NCBI GenBank assembly: GCA_041659805.1
Contig: JBAZXP010000001.1
Span: 320,589-384,588 of the forward strand
Direction: 5' to 3'
Length of the DNA stretch: 64,000 bases
Origin: Microgenomates group bacterium
Lineage (GTDB): Bacteria; Patescibacteriota; Microgenomatia; Daviesbacterales; UBA10151
Shown here: positions 10,048 through 20,278 of the stretch, in pieces
Position numbering within the stretch: position 1 is the first letter of the stretch
How the letters are laid out: each line of letters starts with the position of its first letter
The notes under the pieces: model-generated
Databases searched by the model: none
Told to the model about the DNA's origin: nothing
Seen by the model: only the letters and a program-made list of their open reading frames with translations
Made by a program: the position numbers and the translations under genes

Positions 10048-10574
10048 TGAATCCTGAATATCAACAATCCGAATATCTAGAAAAAGTTGTTCAAGTTAAC
10101 AGAGTTTCTAAAAAAACTAAAGGTGGAGATAAAAGATCTTTATCAGTTATTGTAGTGGTAGGGGATCGAAACGGGCAGGTCGGAGTCGGTCTTGGAAAAG
10201 CAGCTGATGTGCAATCAGCAGTTAAAAAAGCAACTTCATATGCTAAAAAACATTTGATCACTGTTCCTATGGTTGATAACAGAACTATCCCTCATGAAAT
10301 TAATATTAAACTTGGTGCAGCTAGAGTTATGTTAAAACCGGCCAAAGCTGGAACAGGTATTATTGCCGGTGGAGCAGTCAGGGTTGTTGTTGAAGCATGT
10401 GGTATTTCAGATATTGTTTCAAAAATATTAGGAACTAAAAATCAGGCATCAAATGTGTATGCAACTTTGGAAGCACTTTCCAGATTACATGCAGTAAGGG
10501 AAAAACAAGTTAAAGAGAAAAAAGAAACAACAGAAAAAGAAGTAAAAGAAGAAAAAGGAAAAGATAAACAATGA
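10047..10574 (+). CDS. rpsE: 30S ribosomal protein S5 with a Lys/Glu-rich C-terminal tail
   Basis: 175 aa; ...VVVGDRNGQVGVGLGKA... is uS5. Confidence 0.95.
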   Translation: MNPEYQQSEYLEKVVQVNRVSKKTKGGDKRSLSVIVVVGDRNGQVGVGLGKAADVQSAVKKATSYAKKHLITVPMVDNRTIPHEINIKLGAARVMLKPAKAGTGIIAGGAVRVVVEACGISDIVSKILGTKNQASNVYATLEALSRLHAVREKQVKEKKETTEKEVKEEKGKDKQ

Positions 10575-11011
10575 AATTAGATAATTTATTAAAAGTAAAT
10601 GCCAGAAGCGCCAAAATCATCGGACGGGGAATCGGTTCCGGTAAAGGAAAACAATCAGGTAGGGGAACCAAAGGACAAAAAGCTAGGGGTAAGATTCCTG
10701 TAGGATTTATCGGCGGAACGCTTCCTTTATATAAAAAATTGCCTTATAACAGAGGTCAGAGAAACATGAAATCCAGATCAAATGCTTTGGCTGTTCCTTT
10801 GGCAAAATTGTCTGTTTTCAAAAATGGTGCAGATGTTGATATGCAAAGCTTAATTGATAATAGAATTGTAAGTGCAGTCGACGCTAAAAAGCGCGGAGTT
10901 AAAATAGTGGGCTTAGGAGCAGTTCCTGAAAAATTAATAATTAAATTACCTATCAGCGAAGGCGCTGGTAAGATAATAGAGGCTGCCGGTGGAAAGGTGG
11001 TCCGTGGATAA
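10571..11011 (+). CDS. rplO: 50S ribosomal protein L15, directly overlapping rpsE with no rpmD (L30) between them
   Basis: 146 aa; ...[23 protein letters not shown]... is uL15. A 4-nt ATGA overlap with rpsE leaves no room for L30. Confidence 0.93.
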   Translation: MKLDNLLKVNARSAKIIGRGIGSGKGKQSGRGTKGQKARGKIPVGFIGGTLPLYKKLPYNRGQRNMKSRSNALAVPLAKLSVFKNGADVDMQSLIDNRIVSAVDAKKRGVKIVGLGAVPEKLIIKLPISEGAGKIIEAAGGKVVRG

Positions 11012-12290
11012 TATCCTGGCCCCAATAATTAATTCTTTCAAAATTGCCGAATTACGACGTAAGATACTTATTACCACAGCAATAATAATTATCTATAGGA
11101 TTGCGTCCCATATTCCTATTAGTGGTGTTAATTTACAAGCTTTACAGTCCCTTTTTAATAGTAATCAAATGCTAGGCCTTTTGGATATTTTTTCCGGAGG
11201 CGCTTTAGTAAATTTTTCTTTGCTTTCATTGGGCTTAAATCCTTATATTAATGCCTCAATTATTATCCAGCTTTTGACAATGGTTGTTCCTTCGCTTGAG
11301 GCGTTATCTAAAGAAGGGGAATACGGAAGACAAAAGATCAATCTTTATACACGTTATATAACTGTTCCTTTGGCGCTTGTTCAGGCAATCGGTATGTTTA
11401 CGTTACTCAAAAATCAGGGAATAATTTCTGATGCGACACCTCTTTCGATGTTGGCAATTATTATTACCATGTCAGCAGGAACGATTTTAGCGATGTGGTT
11501 AGGGGAACTCATTACTGAATATGGTATTGGCAACGGAATTTCTTTATTAATTTTCGTTGGAATCGTATCTCGTGCCCCGATTGCTTTTTTCCAAACAATA
11601 TCTGTTGTTGATCAACAGCAGATATTAAATTTGCTCACTTTTGGTGCATTAGCATTAGCCGTAACTGCCGGTATCGTATTTATTAATGAGGGGCGAAGAC
11701 AAATTATGATTCAATATGCCAGACGACATGTTGGCAATAGAGAGGTTGGTGGATCATTTACCTATTTACCATTACGGGTGAATCAGGCAGGGGTGATCCC
11801 AATAATCTTTGCGGTGTCATTGGTACTTGTTCCAAGCTTCGGCGGACAATATTTATCTCAGGCAAATAATCCAAGTTTACAAAATATCGGTAGGTGGTTG
11901 GCTATTAATTTCAATGCACAATCAGTTACTTATAATTTAACTTATTTTTTGCTTGTGTTAGGTTTTACTTATTTTTATACAGCAGTTATTTTTAATCCCG
12001 TTAAAATTGCCGATGATATAAAAAAATCCGGTGCTTTTATTGCTGGTATCAGACCGGGAATCGCAACAGCTGCTTATTTAAATTATATTTTGGTTAGAAT
12101 TACTTTGGCAGGAGCCATATTTTTGGGTGCTGTTGCTATTTTGCCTTCCTTGGTTTCGCAAGTAACCGGAGTACAAACTTTAGCGGTTGGCGGAACGGGA
12201 ATTTTGATTGTGGTGTCAGTAGTGCTTGATACTGCCAAACAATTTGAAAGTAAATTAGTTGAAAGAAATTATCAAGGATTTTTAAAATAA
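10989..12290 (+). CDS. secY: Preprotein translocase subunit SecY
   Basis: 433 aa, polytopic; ...[30 protein letters not shown]... The start is uncertain, either GTG 10989 or GTG 11004. Confidence 0.92.
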   Translation: MERWSVDNILAPIINSFKIAELRRKILITTAIIIIYRIASHIPISGVNLQALQSLFNSNQMLGLLDIFSGGALVNFSLLSLGLNPYINASIIIQLLTMVVPSLEALSKEGEYGRQKINLYTRYITVPLALVQAIGMFTLLKNQGIISDATPLSMLAIIITMSAGTILAMWLGELITEYGIGNGISLLIFVGIVSRAPIAFFQTISVVDQQQILNLLTFGALALAVTAGIVFINEGRRQIMIQYARRHVGNREVGGSFTYLPLRVNQAGVIPIIFAVSLVLVPSFGGQYLSQANNPSLQNIGRWLAINFNAQSVTYNLTYFLLVLGFTYFYTAVIFNPVKIADDIKKSGAFIAGIRPGIATAAYLNYILVRITLAGAIFLGAVAILPSLVSQVTGVQTLAVGGTGILIVVSVVLDTAKQFESKLVERNYQGFLK

Positions 12291-12292
12291 TT

Positions 12293-12841
12293 ATGGAAAA
12301 TAAGCACAAAAAAATAATGTTGGTTGGTCCACAGGGTAGTGGCAAAACAACTCAAGCCAAAATTTTGGCTGAAAAATTAAGGTTTAGATATTTAGGAACA
12401 GGAGAAATGCTTAGGGAGATTGCCGGAAAGGGCGGACCGGAAGCTGAAAAATTAAACGAAATATTCGCCACAGGGAAATTACTTGATGATGAGACGATCT
12501 GTGAACTTACCCAAAAAACACTAAGTCAACCGGAATATGAAAATGGATTTATTGTTGACGGATATCCCCGAACAGTTGCTCAAAAAAATATTTATGATCC
12601 TGATTTTGACATTATCCTTTATATTAAAGTATCAGATGAGGTAGCAATCAAAAGATTAACTTCCAGAGGAAGATCTGATGATACTCCTGAGGTAATTGCA
12701 AAAAGGCTTGAACTTTATCACCATGAAACTGGGCCGCTTTTGGATATTTTTTTGAATGAAGGAAAACTTTGGGTGGTTGATGGTGAGCAACAAGTGGAAG
12801 ATGTAACAAGACAAATTTTTAAACGCTTGGATATAAATTAA
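12293..12841 (+). CDS. adk: Adenylate kinase, short form without a Cys4 lid
   Basis: 182 aa; GPQGSGKTTQAKILAEK P-loop and ...GYPRTVAQ... Confidence 0.9.
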   Translation: MENKHKKIMLVGPQGSGKTTQAKILAEKLRFRYLGTGEMLREIAGKGGPEAEKLNEIFATGKLLDDETICELTQKTLSQPEYENGFIVDGYPRTVAQKNIYDPDFDIILYIKVSDEVAIKRLTSRGRSDDTPEVIAKRLELYHHETGPLLDIFLNEGKLWVVDGEQQVEDVTRQIFKRLDIN

Positions 12842-12843
12842 AT

Positions 12844-13629
12844 ATGGGAAAAAGCAACCAGTCGCCGAAAGAAACAGTTGCAATTAGGTCTCAAGAAGAT
12901 ATTCCTTTTTTGAAAGCCAGCGGGAAAATTACTGCGTTAGCTCTAAAGAAAACAATTGAATCAGCAAAGATCGGAATGAGCTTAATTGAGCTTGATAAAA
13001 TTGCAGAAGAAGAAATAATAAGACTGGGTGGTACATCATCATTCAAAACTGTTCCCGGGTATTTATGGACTTGTTGTCTGACTATTAATGATGAGGTCGT
13101 CCATGGAATTCCAAGAGATATTAAATTAAATGATGGGGATGTATTAAATATTGATTTAGGTGCTTTATATAAAGGCTGGCATACAGATGCAGCCTGGACA
13201 ATTATTGTAGGAAACGGTACACCGGGTAAAAAAAGATTTTTGGCGGTGGGGGAGGAAACTTTATGGAAAGCAATTGCTGCGGCTGTCGACGGAAATCAAA
13301 TTGGTGATATTTCTTCAGCAATTCAACAGGGAGTTGAAAGGGCAGGGTATAGCGTTGTTAAAAGCTTATCAGGGCATGGTGTTGGCAGAAAGCCTCATGA
13401 AGATCCTATTATTCCAGGATACGGAAGACAAAAAACAGGCGTATTTTTAAAATCAGGTATGAGTTTGGCTATAGAAGTGATCTATACAGAAGGCAAGGGA
13501 GATATTTATCAGAAGGAAGATAAGTGGACTTTAGCTTCAGTTGACCGCTCAATTGGAGGTCTTTTTGAGATGAGTATTATAGTAACAAAGGGTAATGCGG
13601 AGGTATTAACTGATTGGAGGAAGGTATAG
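12844..13629 (+). CDS. map: Methionine aminopeptidase type I
   Basis: 261 aa; ...VVHGIPRD...DLGALYKGWHTD...SGHGVGR... Confidence 0.92.
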   Translation: MGKSNQSPKETVAIRSQEDIPFLKASGKITALALKKTIESAKIGMSLIELDKIAEEEIIRLGGTSSFKTVPGYLWTCCLTINDEVVHGIPRDIKLNDGDVLNIDLGALYKGWHTDAAWTIIVGNGTPGKKRFLAVGEETLWKAIAAAVDGNQIGDISSAIQQGVERAGYSVVKSLSGHGVGRKPHEDPIIPGYGRQKTGVFLKSGMSLAIEVIYTEGKGDIYQKEDKWTLASVDRSIGGLFEMSIIVTKGNAEVLTDWRKV

Positions 13630-13677
13630 ACCTCTAGTCTTGTAATTTGAGGCTATTTTTGTTAAAATATTAAATCG

Positions 13678-13920
13678 ATGGATCAAGAGACGATTGAGGT
13701 TGAAGGGAAGATAACAGAGGTTCTGCCTAATACCTTGTTTAGGGTGGAGATTGATCGAGCGCCTGATTTGCCGGAGTTGGTGGGTAGAGTAATCTTAGCC
13801 CATATTTCAGGTAAAATGAGGTTGCATTATATAAAGCTTTTGACAGGTGATCGGGTGAGAATGGAAATGAGTCCGAAATATGACCTGACAAAGGCCAGAA
13901 TAACATTTAGATTGAAGTAA
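13678..13920 (+). CDS. infA: Translation initiation factor IF-1
   Basis: 80 aa; ...[16 protein letters not shown]...[22 protein letters not shown]... Confidence 0.95.
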   Translation: MDQETIEVEGKITEVLPNTLFRVEIDRAPDLPELVGRVILAHISGKMRLHYIKLLTGDRVRMEMSPKYDLTKARITFRLK

Positions 13921-13926
13921 ATATAT

Positions 13927-14043
13927 ATGAAAGTACAAGCAAGTATAAAAAAAAGATGTAAATTTTGTGAGACCGTTAAACGCGAAGGTGTTTTGTTCGT
14001 GATTTGTTCACGTGACCCAAGACACAAGCAACGTCAAGGATAA
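13927..14043 (+). CDS. rpmJ: 50S ribosomal protein L36, zinc-ribbon form
   Basis: 38-aa ORF below the track cutoff: [38 protein letters not shown]. Confidence 0.9.
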   Translation: MKVQASIKKRCKFCETVKREGVLFVICSRDPRHKQRQG

Positions 14044-14045
14044 AT

Positions 14046-14420
14046 ATGAGAATAGCCGGAGTAAATTTACCTGATAATAAAAGATTAGATATTGGACTGA
14101 CTTACCTTTATGGTATTGGTAGATCTAATGTTTTGATAGTTTTAAAAGAAACAGGGATAGATGCAGCAAAAAGAATTAAAGATCTGACTGAAGAAGAAGT
14201 TGGAAAATTACAGAAAGCTTTGGACAAGATAAAAATTGAGGGAGACTTAAGACAGGAAGAAAACCAAAATATAAAAAGATTGGAAGATATTGGAGCATAC
14301 AGAGGGTTAAGACATAGAAAAGGTTTGCCGGCCAGAGGACAAAGAACTAGATCTAACGCCAGAACCAAAAGAGGAAAAAGAAAGACGGTAGGTACACAAA
14401 AGAAAGAAGAAAAGAAATAA
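14046..14420 (+). CDS. rpsM: 30S ribosomal protein S13
   Basis: 124 aa; MRIAGVNLPDNKRLDIGLTYLYGIG... Confidence 0.95.
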   Translation: MRIAGVNLPDNKRLDIGLTYLYGIGRSNVLIVLKETGIDAAKRIKDLTEEEVGKLQKALDKIKIEGDLRQEENQNIKRLEDIGAYRGLRHRKGLPARGQRTRSNARTKRGKRKTVGTQKKEEKK

Positions 14421-14828
14421 ATGGCTAAACAAGTTAAAAAAGCAACAAAACAAGTTAAAGCAAAAAAGACAGCAGTTAAAGAAGTAACAAATGGTCGTGT
14501 TTATGTAACAGCAACTTTTAATAATACCTTAGTTACTATAACTGATAGTAAAGGTGATACTATTGCCTGGAGTTCTGCTGGGGCATCTGGTTTTAAAGGA
14601 GCAAGAAAATCTACTCCATTTGCTGCAATTACTGCTGTTGAAAAAGTAGCAGCAAAAGCAAAATCCATGGGTATGACTTCGGCAGAGGTTTATATAAAAG
14701 GTCCCGGTTCAGGACGGGATGCTGCAATTAGAGCATTAAAATCTGCAGGATTAAATATCACCATGATTGCCGACGTTACACCTGTTCCGCATAATGGAAC
14801 TAGGGCAAAGAAAAAGAGGAGAGTATAA
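14421..14828 (+). CDS. rpsK: 30S ribosomal protein S11
   Basis: 135 aa; ...[30 protein letters not shown]... Confidence 0.95.
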   Translation: MAKQVKKATKQVKAKKTAVKEVTNGRVYVTATFNNTLVTITDSKGDTIAWSSAGASGFKGARKSTPFAAITAVEKVAAKAKSMGMTSAEVYIKGPGSGRDAAIRALKSAGLNITMIADVTPVPHNGTRAKKKRRV

Positions 14829-14831
14829 AAA

Positions 14832-15434
14832 ATGGCTAGATATACAGGACCAAAAAGAAGATTAAGTAGACGTGAAGGTGTAGCTCTTTTTACAAAAGAT
14901 GCTGCGTTTATCGAAAGAAAAGGAATTGTCATTCCGGGATTTCATGGAACCAGACGTGCTCGCAAACAATCAGAATATGGGATCCAGCTTAGAGAAAAAC
15001 AAAAAGCAAAAAGAATGTATGGCCTTCTGGAAAAACAATTTGCTAATTACTTTACCAAGGCCAGCAAATCCAAAGGAAACACAGGAGAAAAATTACTATC
15101 TTTACTTGAAACAAGATTGGATAATGTCGCATACCGCCTAGGATTTTCTCCGTCACGGGCTGGAGCCAGACAAACAGTTTCGCATGGACATATCCTTGTA
15201 GATAACAAAAAAGTGAACATTCCGTCATTTCAAGTGAAACCCGGATCAACTGTTGCTATTTTGGGCAAAATGTCGGATAATACTCAAGTTCGTAAGAGTT
15301 TATCAAGCGATCAGACCTTGCCGGAGTGGCTAGAAAGAAAAGCTACAGTAGGCAAGGTTTTACGATTGCCTAAACGGGATGAGATGGAACAGGGGATAAA
15401 CGAACAACTAATTGTTGAGTATTATAGTAGATAA
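14832..15434 (+). CDS. rpsD: 30S ribosomal protein S4
   Basis: 200 aa; MARYTGPKRRLSRREGV... and an S4 domain. Confidence 0.95.
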   Translation: MARYTGPKRRLSRREGVALFTKDAAFIERKGIVIPGFHGTRRARKQSEYGIQLREKQKAKRMYGLLEKQFANYFTKASKSKGNTGEKLLSLLETRLDNVAYRLGFSPSRAGARQTVSHGHILVDNKKVNIPSFQVKPGSTVAILGKMSDNTQVRKSLSSDQTLPEWLERKATVGKVLRLPKRDEMEQGINEQLIVEYYSR

Positions 15435-15444
15435 TAAAAATAAT

Positions 15445-16356
15445 ATGTTAAATTTTAAAATTAAAACAATTGAAGAAAATAAAACAAACGGCATCTTTGA
15501 GATGGAACCATTAGAACGTGGTTTTGGTCATACTGTTGCTAACTGTTTAAGAAGAGTTCTTTTGACAGCATTACCAGGCGGAGCTATTTCAACCGTTAAG
15601 ATTGATGGAGTATCCCATCAATTTTCTACAGTCACTGGTGTTTCAGAAGATGTTATTCAAATTATTTTAAATTTAAAACAAGTGAGAATTAAAATTTTCT
15701 CAGACACTCCTATTAAACTTTCCTTAAAAGCTACGGGCAAAAAAGAAGTCACAGCAAAAGATATTGAAGTATTAGGCGGAGGAGAAATCGTAAATCCGGA
15801 TCAGCACATCGCTTCTTTGACTACACCTTCAGCTAAATTAAACATTGAAATGGTTGCTGAAAAAGGTGTTGGATATATCGGCGCAGATGAAAAGAAAACA
15901 CAGGAAATTGGTGTTATGCCAATTGATTCAATCTTTACGCCTGTTCTTTCAGTTACCTATAAAGTTGAACCAACCAGGGTTGGAAGAAGTTCAAACTATG
16001 ATAAGCTAATTTTAGACATTAAAACCGATGGAACAATTGCTCCGCTTGAGGCATTAAATCAATCAGCTGCAGTACTTAGTGCTTACTTCAAGCAAATCTA
16101 TGAACCTACTTTTGAAGGTGAAGAGATCACAGCAGAACCAACAGTTTCTGAAGATGCTTTAAAAATGAGTGTGGAAGAATTAGATTTACCGGTTAGAATT
16201 ACCAACGCTTTGAAAGCTGTTGAAATAAATACAGTCGGAGAATTAATTACAACTCCAAGAGCAACTCTTTTGAAAGCTAAAAATTTGGGAGTTCAGTCTT
16301 TAACGTTAATCTCTGAAAAGTTAACAGAAAGGGGTTTAACCTTAAGTGAGGCATAA
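15445..16356 (+). CDS. rpoA: DNA-directed RNA polymerase alpha subunit, short form
   Basis: MLNFKIKTIEENKTNGIFEMEPLERGFGHTVANCLRRVLL...; the start was set to the ATG at 15445, in frame with the track ORF. Confidence 0.93.
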   Translation: MLNFKIKTIEENKTNGIFEMEPLERGFGHTVANCLRRVLLTALPGGAISTVKIDGVSHQFSTVTGVSEDVIQIILNLKQVRIKIFSDTPIKLSLKATGKKEVTAKDIEVLGGGEIVNPDQHIASLTTPSAKLNIEMVAEKGVGYIGADEKKTQEIGVMPIDSIFTPVLSVTYKVEPTRVGRSSNYDKLILDIKTDGTIAPLEALNQSAAVLSAYFKQIYEPTFEGEEITAEPTVSEDALKMSVEELDLPVRITNALKAVEINTVGELITTPRATLLKAKNLGVQSLTLISEKLTERGLTLSEA

Positions 16357-16858
16357 TGTTTATGGTAAACACCTTGGGAGAAATAAAAATCAACGCACAG
16401 CTCTTTTTAGAGGACTAATCCGCGCACTCGTTTTGGAAGGCTCAATCGTTACCACAGAAGCAAAAACTAAAGCAATTAAAGGTTTGGTTGATAAATTATT
16501 TGCAAAAGCTAAAAAAGGTGATACTGCTTCTCAGAATGTGATTGTTAGAACGGTTCCTCAAAAAGAAGTTGTTAAAAGAATGCTGGAACTTTCAAAACTT
16601 ATGAAAAACAGAAATTCAGGTTTTACCCAAACAGTAAGACTTGGTACAAGGGCTGGTGATGGAGCAATGATGATGAAGATGAGCATTATTTCAGATAAAT
16701 CAGAAGATAAGCAGAGCTTGCGATCAGACGATCTTCAGAAAATCAGTGGGTCAGAAAAAGAGGAACTAGAATCAAAAGAAGAAAAGAAAGTAGAGAAGTT
16801 AGAGAAAAAAGAAAAAGAAGCAAAAACTAAAATAACAAAGAAAGTGAGCAAAAAATAA
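16346..16858 (+). CDS. rplQ: 50S ribosomal protein L17 with a Lys/Glu-rich C-terminal extension
   Basis: 170 aa; the N-terminal ~115 aa are bL17 (MRHNVYGKHLGRNKNQRTALFRGL...). Confidence 0.92.
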   Translation: MRHNVYGKHLGRNKNQRTALFRGLIRALVLEGSIVTTEAKTKAIKGLVDKLFAKAKKGDTASQNVIVRTVPQKEVVKRMLELSKLMKNRNSGFTQTVRLGTRAGDGAMMMKMSIISDKSEDKQSLRSDDLQKISGSEKEELESKEEKKVEKLEKKEKEAKTKITKKVSKK

Positions 16859-16889
16859 GCAAAGCTTGAATTTTGCTTAACAAAATATA

Positions 16890-17330
16890 ATGTCAACAAA
16901 CGCATTAAAAAAATCAGAAATAAAAAGAGAATGGCATTTAATTGATGCTAAAGGAAAAATCTTGGGAAGGTTATCTACAGAGATAGCTACAATTTTAATG
17001 GGAAAAAATAAACCAAATTTTGTTTCTTATTTAGATAACGGTGATTATGTAGTTGTTATAAACGCAAAACAAGTTAAAGTAACAGGAGCTAAAGAAACAC
17101 AAAAAGTTTATACCAGACACTCAGGTTATCCTGGGGGTTTAAGACAAGAGACACTCGCCAAATTACGTGAGAGAAAACCGGAAGAGATAATCAGACATGC
17201 AGTTAAAGGAATGATTCCTAAAACAAAGTTAGGTGCAGACATGATTGCAAAATTACATGTGTATGCAAGCACTACTCATCCATATGAAAAGAATTTTTCA
17301 AATGAAAAGGAGATAGAAAATGCCAGCTAA
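16890..17330 (+). CDS. rplM: 50S ribosomal protein L13
   Basis: 146 aa; ...KREWHLIDAKGKILGRLSTEIATILMGKNKP... Confidence 0.93.
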   Translation: MSTNALKKSEIKREWHLIDAKGKILGRLSTEIATILMGKNKPNFVSYLDNGDYVVVINAKQVKVTGAKETQKVYTRHSGYPGGLRQETLAKLRERKPEEIIRHAVKGMIPKTKLGADMIAKLHVYASTTHPYEKNFSNEKEIENAS

Positions 17331-17721
17331 AGTAGTACCGGTTCAGACAACAGGCAGAAGAAGAGAAGCTGTTGCCAGAGTTAGGGTGATGGAAGGAAAT
17401 AGTCAAATTATAGTTAACGGTAAACCAATCAATGAAAGATTTGGTGGAGTTATTATGCAAAGAACGTATCAAAAACCATTTGAAGTCACTAAAACAATTG
17501 GTAAATATACAGCAACTTGTAAAGTAGTCGGTGGGGGACAGATGGGACAACTGGACGCTATAGTTCATGGAATTGCCAGGTCGCTCGCTAAAATTTCACC
17601 TGAATTTAAGGATTTGGTCAAAGACGCAGGTTTACTCACAAGAGATCCCAGAGCTAGGGAAAGACGCAAAATTGGTTTAGCTCATGGTGCTAGAGCCAAG
17701 AAACAATCCCCAAAGAGATAA
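17320..17721 (+). CDS. rpsI: 30S ribosomal protein S9
   Basis: 133 aa; the ...DPRARERRKIGLAHGARAKKQSPKR C-terminus is uS9. Confidence 0.95.
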   Translation: MPAKVVPVQTTGRRREAVARVRVMEGNSQIIVNGKPINERFGGVIMQRTYQKPFEVTKTIGKYTATCKVVGGGQMGQLDAIVHGIARSLAKISPEFKDLVKDAGLLTRDPRARERRKIGLAHGARAKKQSPKR

Positions 17722-17934
17722 GGTTTCTCCAAAGCAATCAAGTAAAGTAATAAGCAGGGTGATGCAAGTGGAAACCATTGCGATATTTATTAGTCCCATT
17801 AAGGATAATGGAATTACAATTCCTGTTTCAGAAATAACTCCAATTAATTGTTTTCTGAAAAAAAACATATATATAACAACCAGTAAAGAAATGGTAATTT
17901 CAGCTATATATAATATTGAAAGTGTTGTAAGCAT
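17677..17934 (-). CDS. Small hydrophobic protein (hypothetical)
   Basis: 85 aa with two or three predicted TM segments. It follows the upstream gene's TAA stop in the same frame (TAAATG) and overlaps the convergent rpsI 3' end by 45 nt. Its start may be internal. Confidence 0.3.
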   Translation of the reverse strand: MLTTLSILYIAEITISLLVVIYMFFFRKQLIGVISETGIVIPLSLMGLINIAMVSTCITLLITLLDCFGETLSLWGLFLGSSTMS

Positions 17935-18579
17935 TTAAATAATTCTATTCATCCCTTTTAATTCTTCTCTATACAGTAAATCCATGGGATTGAATTTATC
18001 TTTATACCAAGATTGCTCAATATTTATTTGTCCTTTATTAAGGTTATTACCGGTGAGTTCATGACATAGTAAATGTCCAACTTTTCGATAATTTTTTACA
18101 TTTTTTAATTCAAATTCCTGTGAATGAGTGGGTCGATCAAATGTGATTAGAACGTTACCTATTCCTAAAAGATCATATAACATACCATTTGTTTGCATAT
18201 CCACTTCTGTAACTCTTACTTGTTCTAGCAAAACCTCGTTCATGATACAGGAAGTGAAGGGTGAAAAAGCAATTTCCAGAATTTTTTTATTAGTAATGAT
18301 ATAGGAATGAAAATACCAATCTGTTAAAGTTCTGGTTAAAAGAATAATTCCAATATTTAAAGATAACATTACTGATGTAAAAAGTAATAAGATAGAACCT
18401 AGAAAATAATATATTATTACAGATCCGGAGAGAAAAAAAAATATTAGTAAAAAAATTAACAAAAGGGTAGTGAAGGTGGTAATAAAATGCTTTCTTACAA
18501 CAACAATTACTTTTTCATTCGGATACTGTAAGAAAGCATTACAACTATGTTCTGTAATAGCTTCCGTCTCGTAATCCAT
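17935..18579 (-). CDS. Membrane protein with two N-terminal TM helices and a bacterial PH (YdbS/YdbT-like) domain
   Basis: 214 aa with hydrophobic N-terminal segments and a C-terminal ~120 aa region resembling bPH_2. Family recalled by eye. Confidence 0.45.
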   Translation of the reverse strand: MDYETEAITEHSCNAFLQYPNEKVIVVVRKHFITTFTTLLLIFLLIFFFLSGSVIIYYFLGSILLLFTSVMLSLNIGIILLTRTLTDWYFHSYIITNKKILEIAFSPFTSCIMNEVLLEQVRVTEVDMQTNGMLYDLLGIGNVLITFDRPTHSQEFELKNVKNYRKVGHLLCHELTGNNLNKGQINIEQSWYKDKFNPMDLLYREELKGMNRII

Positions 18580-18727
18580 ATAGTCCAGTCGGACCTACTT
18601 TACAGCCTGATTTTACCAAAAGGTTTTTAAATTACAAGATATCAAAATTTCTATAAGATACATTTAGGCATAAATCTAATAGATACTTTGTAGTTAAGAT
18701 GTTAAAGATTAGTACGGGTTTAGAAAA

Positions 18728-20278
18728 TTAACTGACATAAGAAACGTCAATATCGTCTCCGTCAAAAACATACTCTACTTTTCTATCTTTGAATGTTGTT
18801 TGTAGATGAACAGGTCTACCCCAAAGCCGGAAGATGTGGGGTAATGTTTTTTTAATATAATCAGAATCCAGTTCTCTGCCTTCATAAAGATGTGAGATAT
18901 GTAACTCATGTTTACCGTAATATTCACAATCTGTTACCTCAAGATAAGGATACCCGGAATTATTCTGTGATTGGACTAAGACTTCTCTGATAATTTTCCA
19001 ATCCTTTTCTTTAACAACATATCTAATTTCTCCCTCAATTTCTTCTCTTTCATAAATATATGTGGCAGTCCTGTCACAGGCAATTTTGTCAAAATGGTTT
19101 CTTAAAAATCCTTGATCATCTTCTGTCTTCATAATACTCCTGATTTTTTTCCTACCAGGGCTATCTTCAATTGGACCATTATATTCAGGATAAATAGGTA
19201 GTCTTTCACTCTCTAGCCATCTTTTTTCTTCGTCTTCAATCTTTCCGTTATAGTAATCTTCTAAATAATCAAATATTGTCATCCCAACATAGTAAGGATT
19301 AATGTGTTTTGGATTTGGGTGCACTACTCCGGCATGAAGCGTCCACCATCCTTCCTGTTCGGCAGGTGAGATATGACCTCTTCTTCCCATCTCTCTCATA
19401 ATTCTTTTATGCCAAAAAGTAGCCCAGCCTTCGTTCATTATTTTCGTTCTCATTTGCGGACGGAAATAAATTGATTCAGAACGGACGATATCTAAAACGT
19501 CTTTTTGCCAGTCTTTTATAACGGGAGAATATTCACGGATGATATGAAGTAAATCCCTGTCAGGATGATAAGGGATAGTAATATTATCAGGTATTATTAA
19601 TTTTTCCTGAGTCTGTCCTATGTTGAATACATCATCATATTCTGTTTTGGGTTTTTCAGCCTTTCTTCTTTTTTCTTTGTCTTCTTCTCTCCATGCAGTA
19701 ATTTGCCTATCTTTCGGTAGACGGTAAAAATTTTTTTCGTCCGGATCAATGTGCTCTTCAATAGTCAGACATGAATCCAAATATCTTTCAACTTCGTTTT
19801 CACCAACTTCTAAACCATACCCTCTAATTCTTTCCGCACTTAAGGCAGCTGTTTGGGGCATATCTTTAGGCGTTGGTTTAAATACGTTGCTGTTGGTAAA
19901 AAAATCTACATGAGCTAAGACGTGAGCAAGAACCATTTTATTAGCAGCCGAATCATTATTATCTAATAAGTATCCTTGGGCGGGATTTGAGTTAATAACA
20001 ACCTCATAAATTTTAGAAAGTCCATGGTCGTACATGGTCTTCATTTGACGGTAGGCTCTGCCGTATGACCAGTGTGAAAAACGGACAGGTAAACCGTATG
20101 AGCCGATTTCGTATATTTTATGAGCGGGAACTAATTCAAAATGAGTGGGGCAAGGCTCTAGTCCAAATTCCTTGCTGATTTCCCAAATATGACCCAATGA
20201 TTGTTCTAAATCATCAACTTGATTTCCTTTACCTCCTGAATTAAAAAATTGATCAAATTCGTTGGCCATATTATGCAA
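18728..20278 (-). CDS. SpoVR/YcgB family protein
   Basis: 516 aa; ...HFELVPAHKIYEIGSYGLPVRFSHWSYGRAYRQMKTMYDHGLSKIYEVVINSNP...MVLAHVLAHVDFF... is typical of SpoVR. It is third in the prkA-yhbH-spoVR order. Confidence 0.85.
   Translation of the reverse strand: MHNMANEFDQFFNSGGKGNQVDDLEQSLGHIWEISKEFGLEPCPTHFELVPAHKIYEIGSYGLPVRFSHWSYGRAYRQMKTMYDHGLSKIYEVVINSNPAQGYLLDNNDSAANKMVLAHVLAHVDFFTNSNVFKPTPKDMPQTAALSAERIRGYGLEVGENEVERYLDSCLTIEEHIDPDEKNFYRLPKDRQITAWREEDKEKRRKAEKPKTEYDDVFNIGQTQEKLIIPDNITIPYHPDRDLLHIIREYSPVIKDWQKDVLDIVRSESIYFRPQMRTKIMNEGWATFWHKRIMREMGRRGHISPAEQEGWWTLHAGVVHPNPKHINPYYVGMTIFDYLEDYYNGKIEDEEKRWLESERLPIYPEYNGPIEDSPGRKKIRSIMKTEDDQGFLRNHFDKIACDRTATYIYEREEIEGEIRYVVKEKDWKIIREVLVQSQNNSGYPYLEVTDCEYYGKHELHISHLYEGRELDSDYIKKTLPHIFRLWGRPVHLQTTFKDRKVEYVFDGDDIDVSYVS

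Noticed and set aside
17684-17938. 84-aa plus-strand ORF after rpsI
   Set aside because: It overlaps the minus-strand hydrophobic ORF and its composition is not protein-like. The minus-strand reading was preferred, itself at low confidence.
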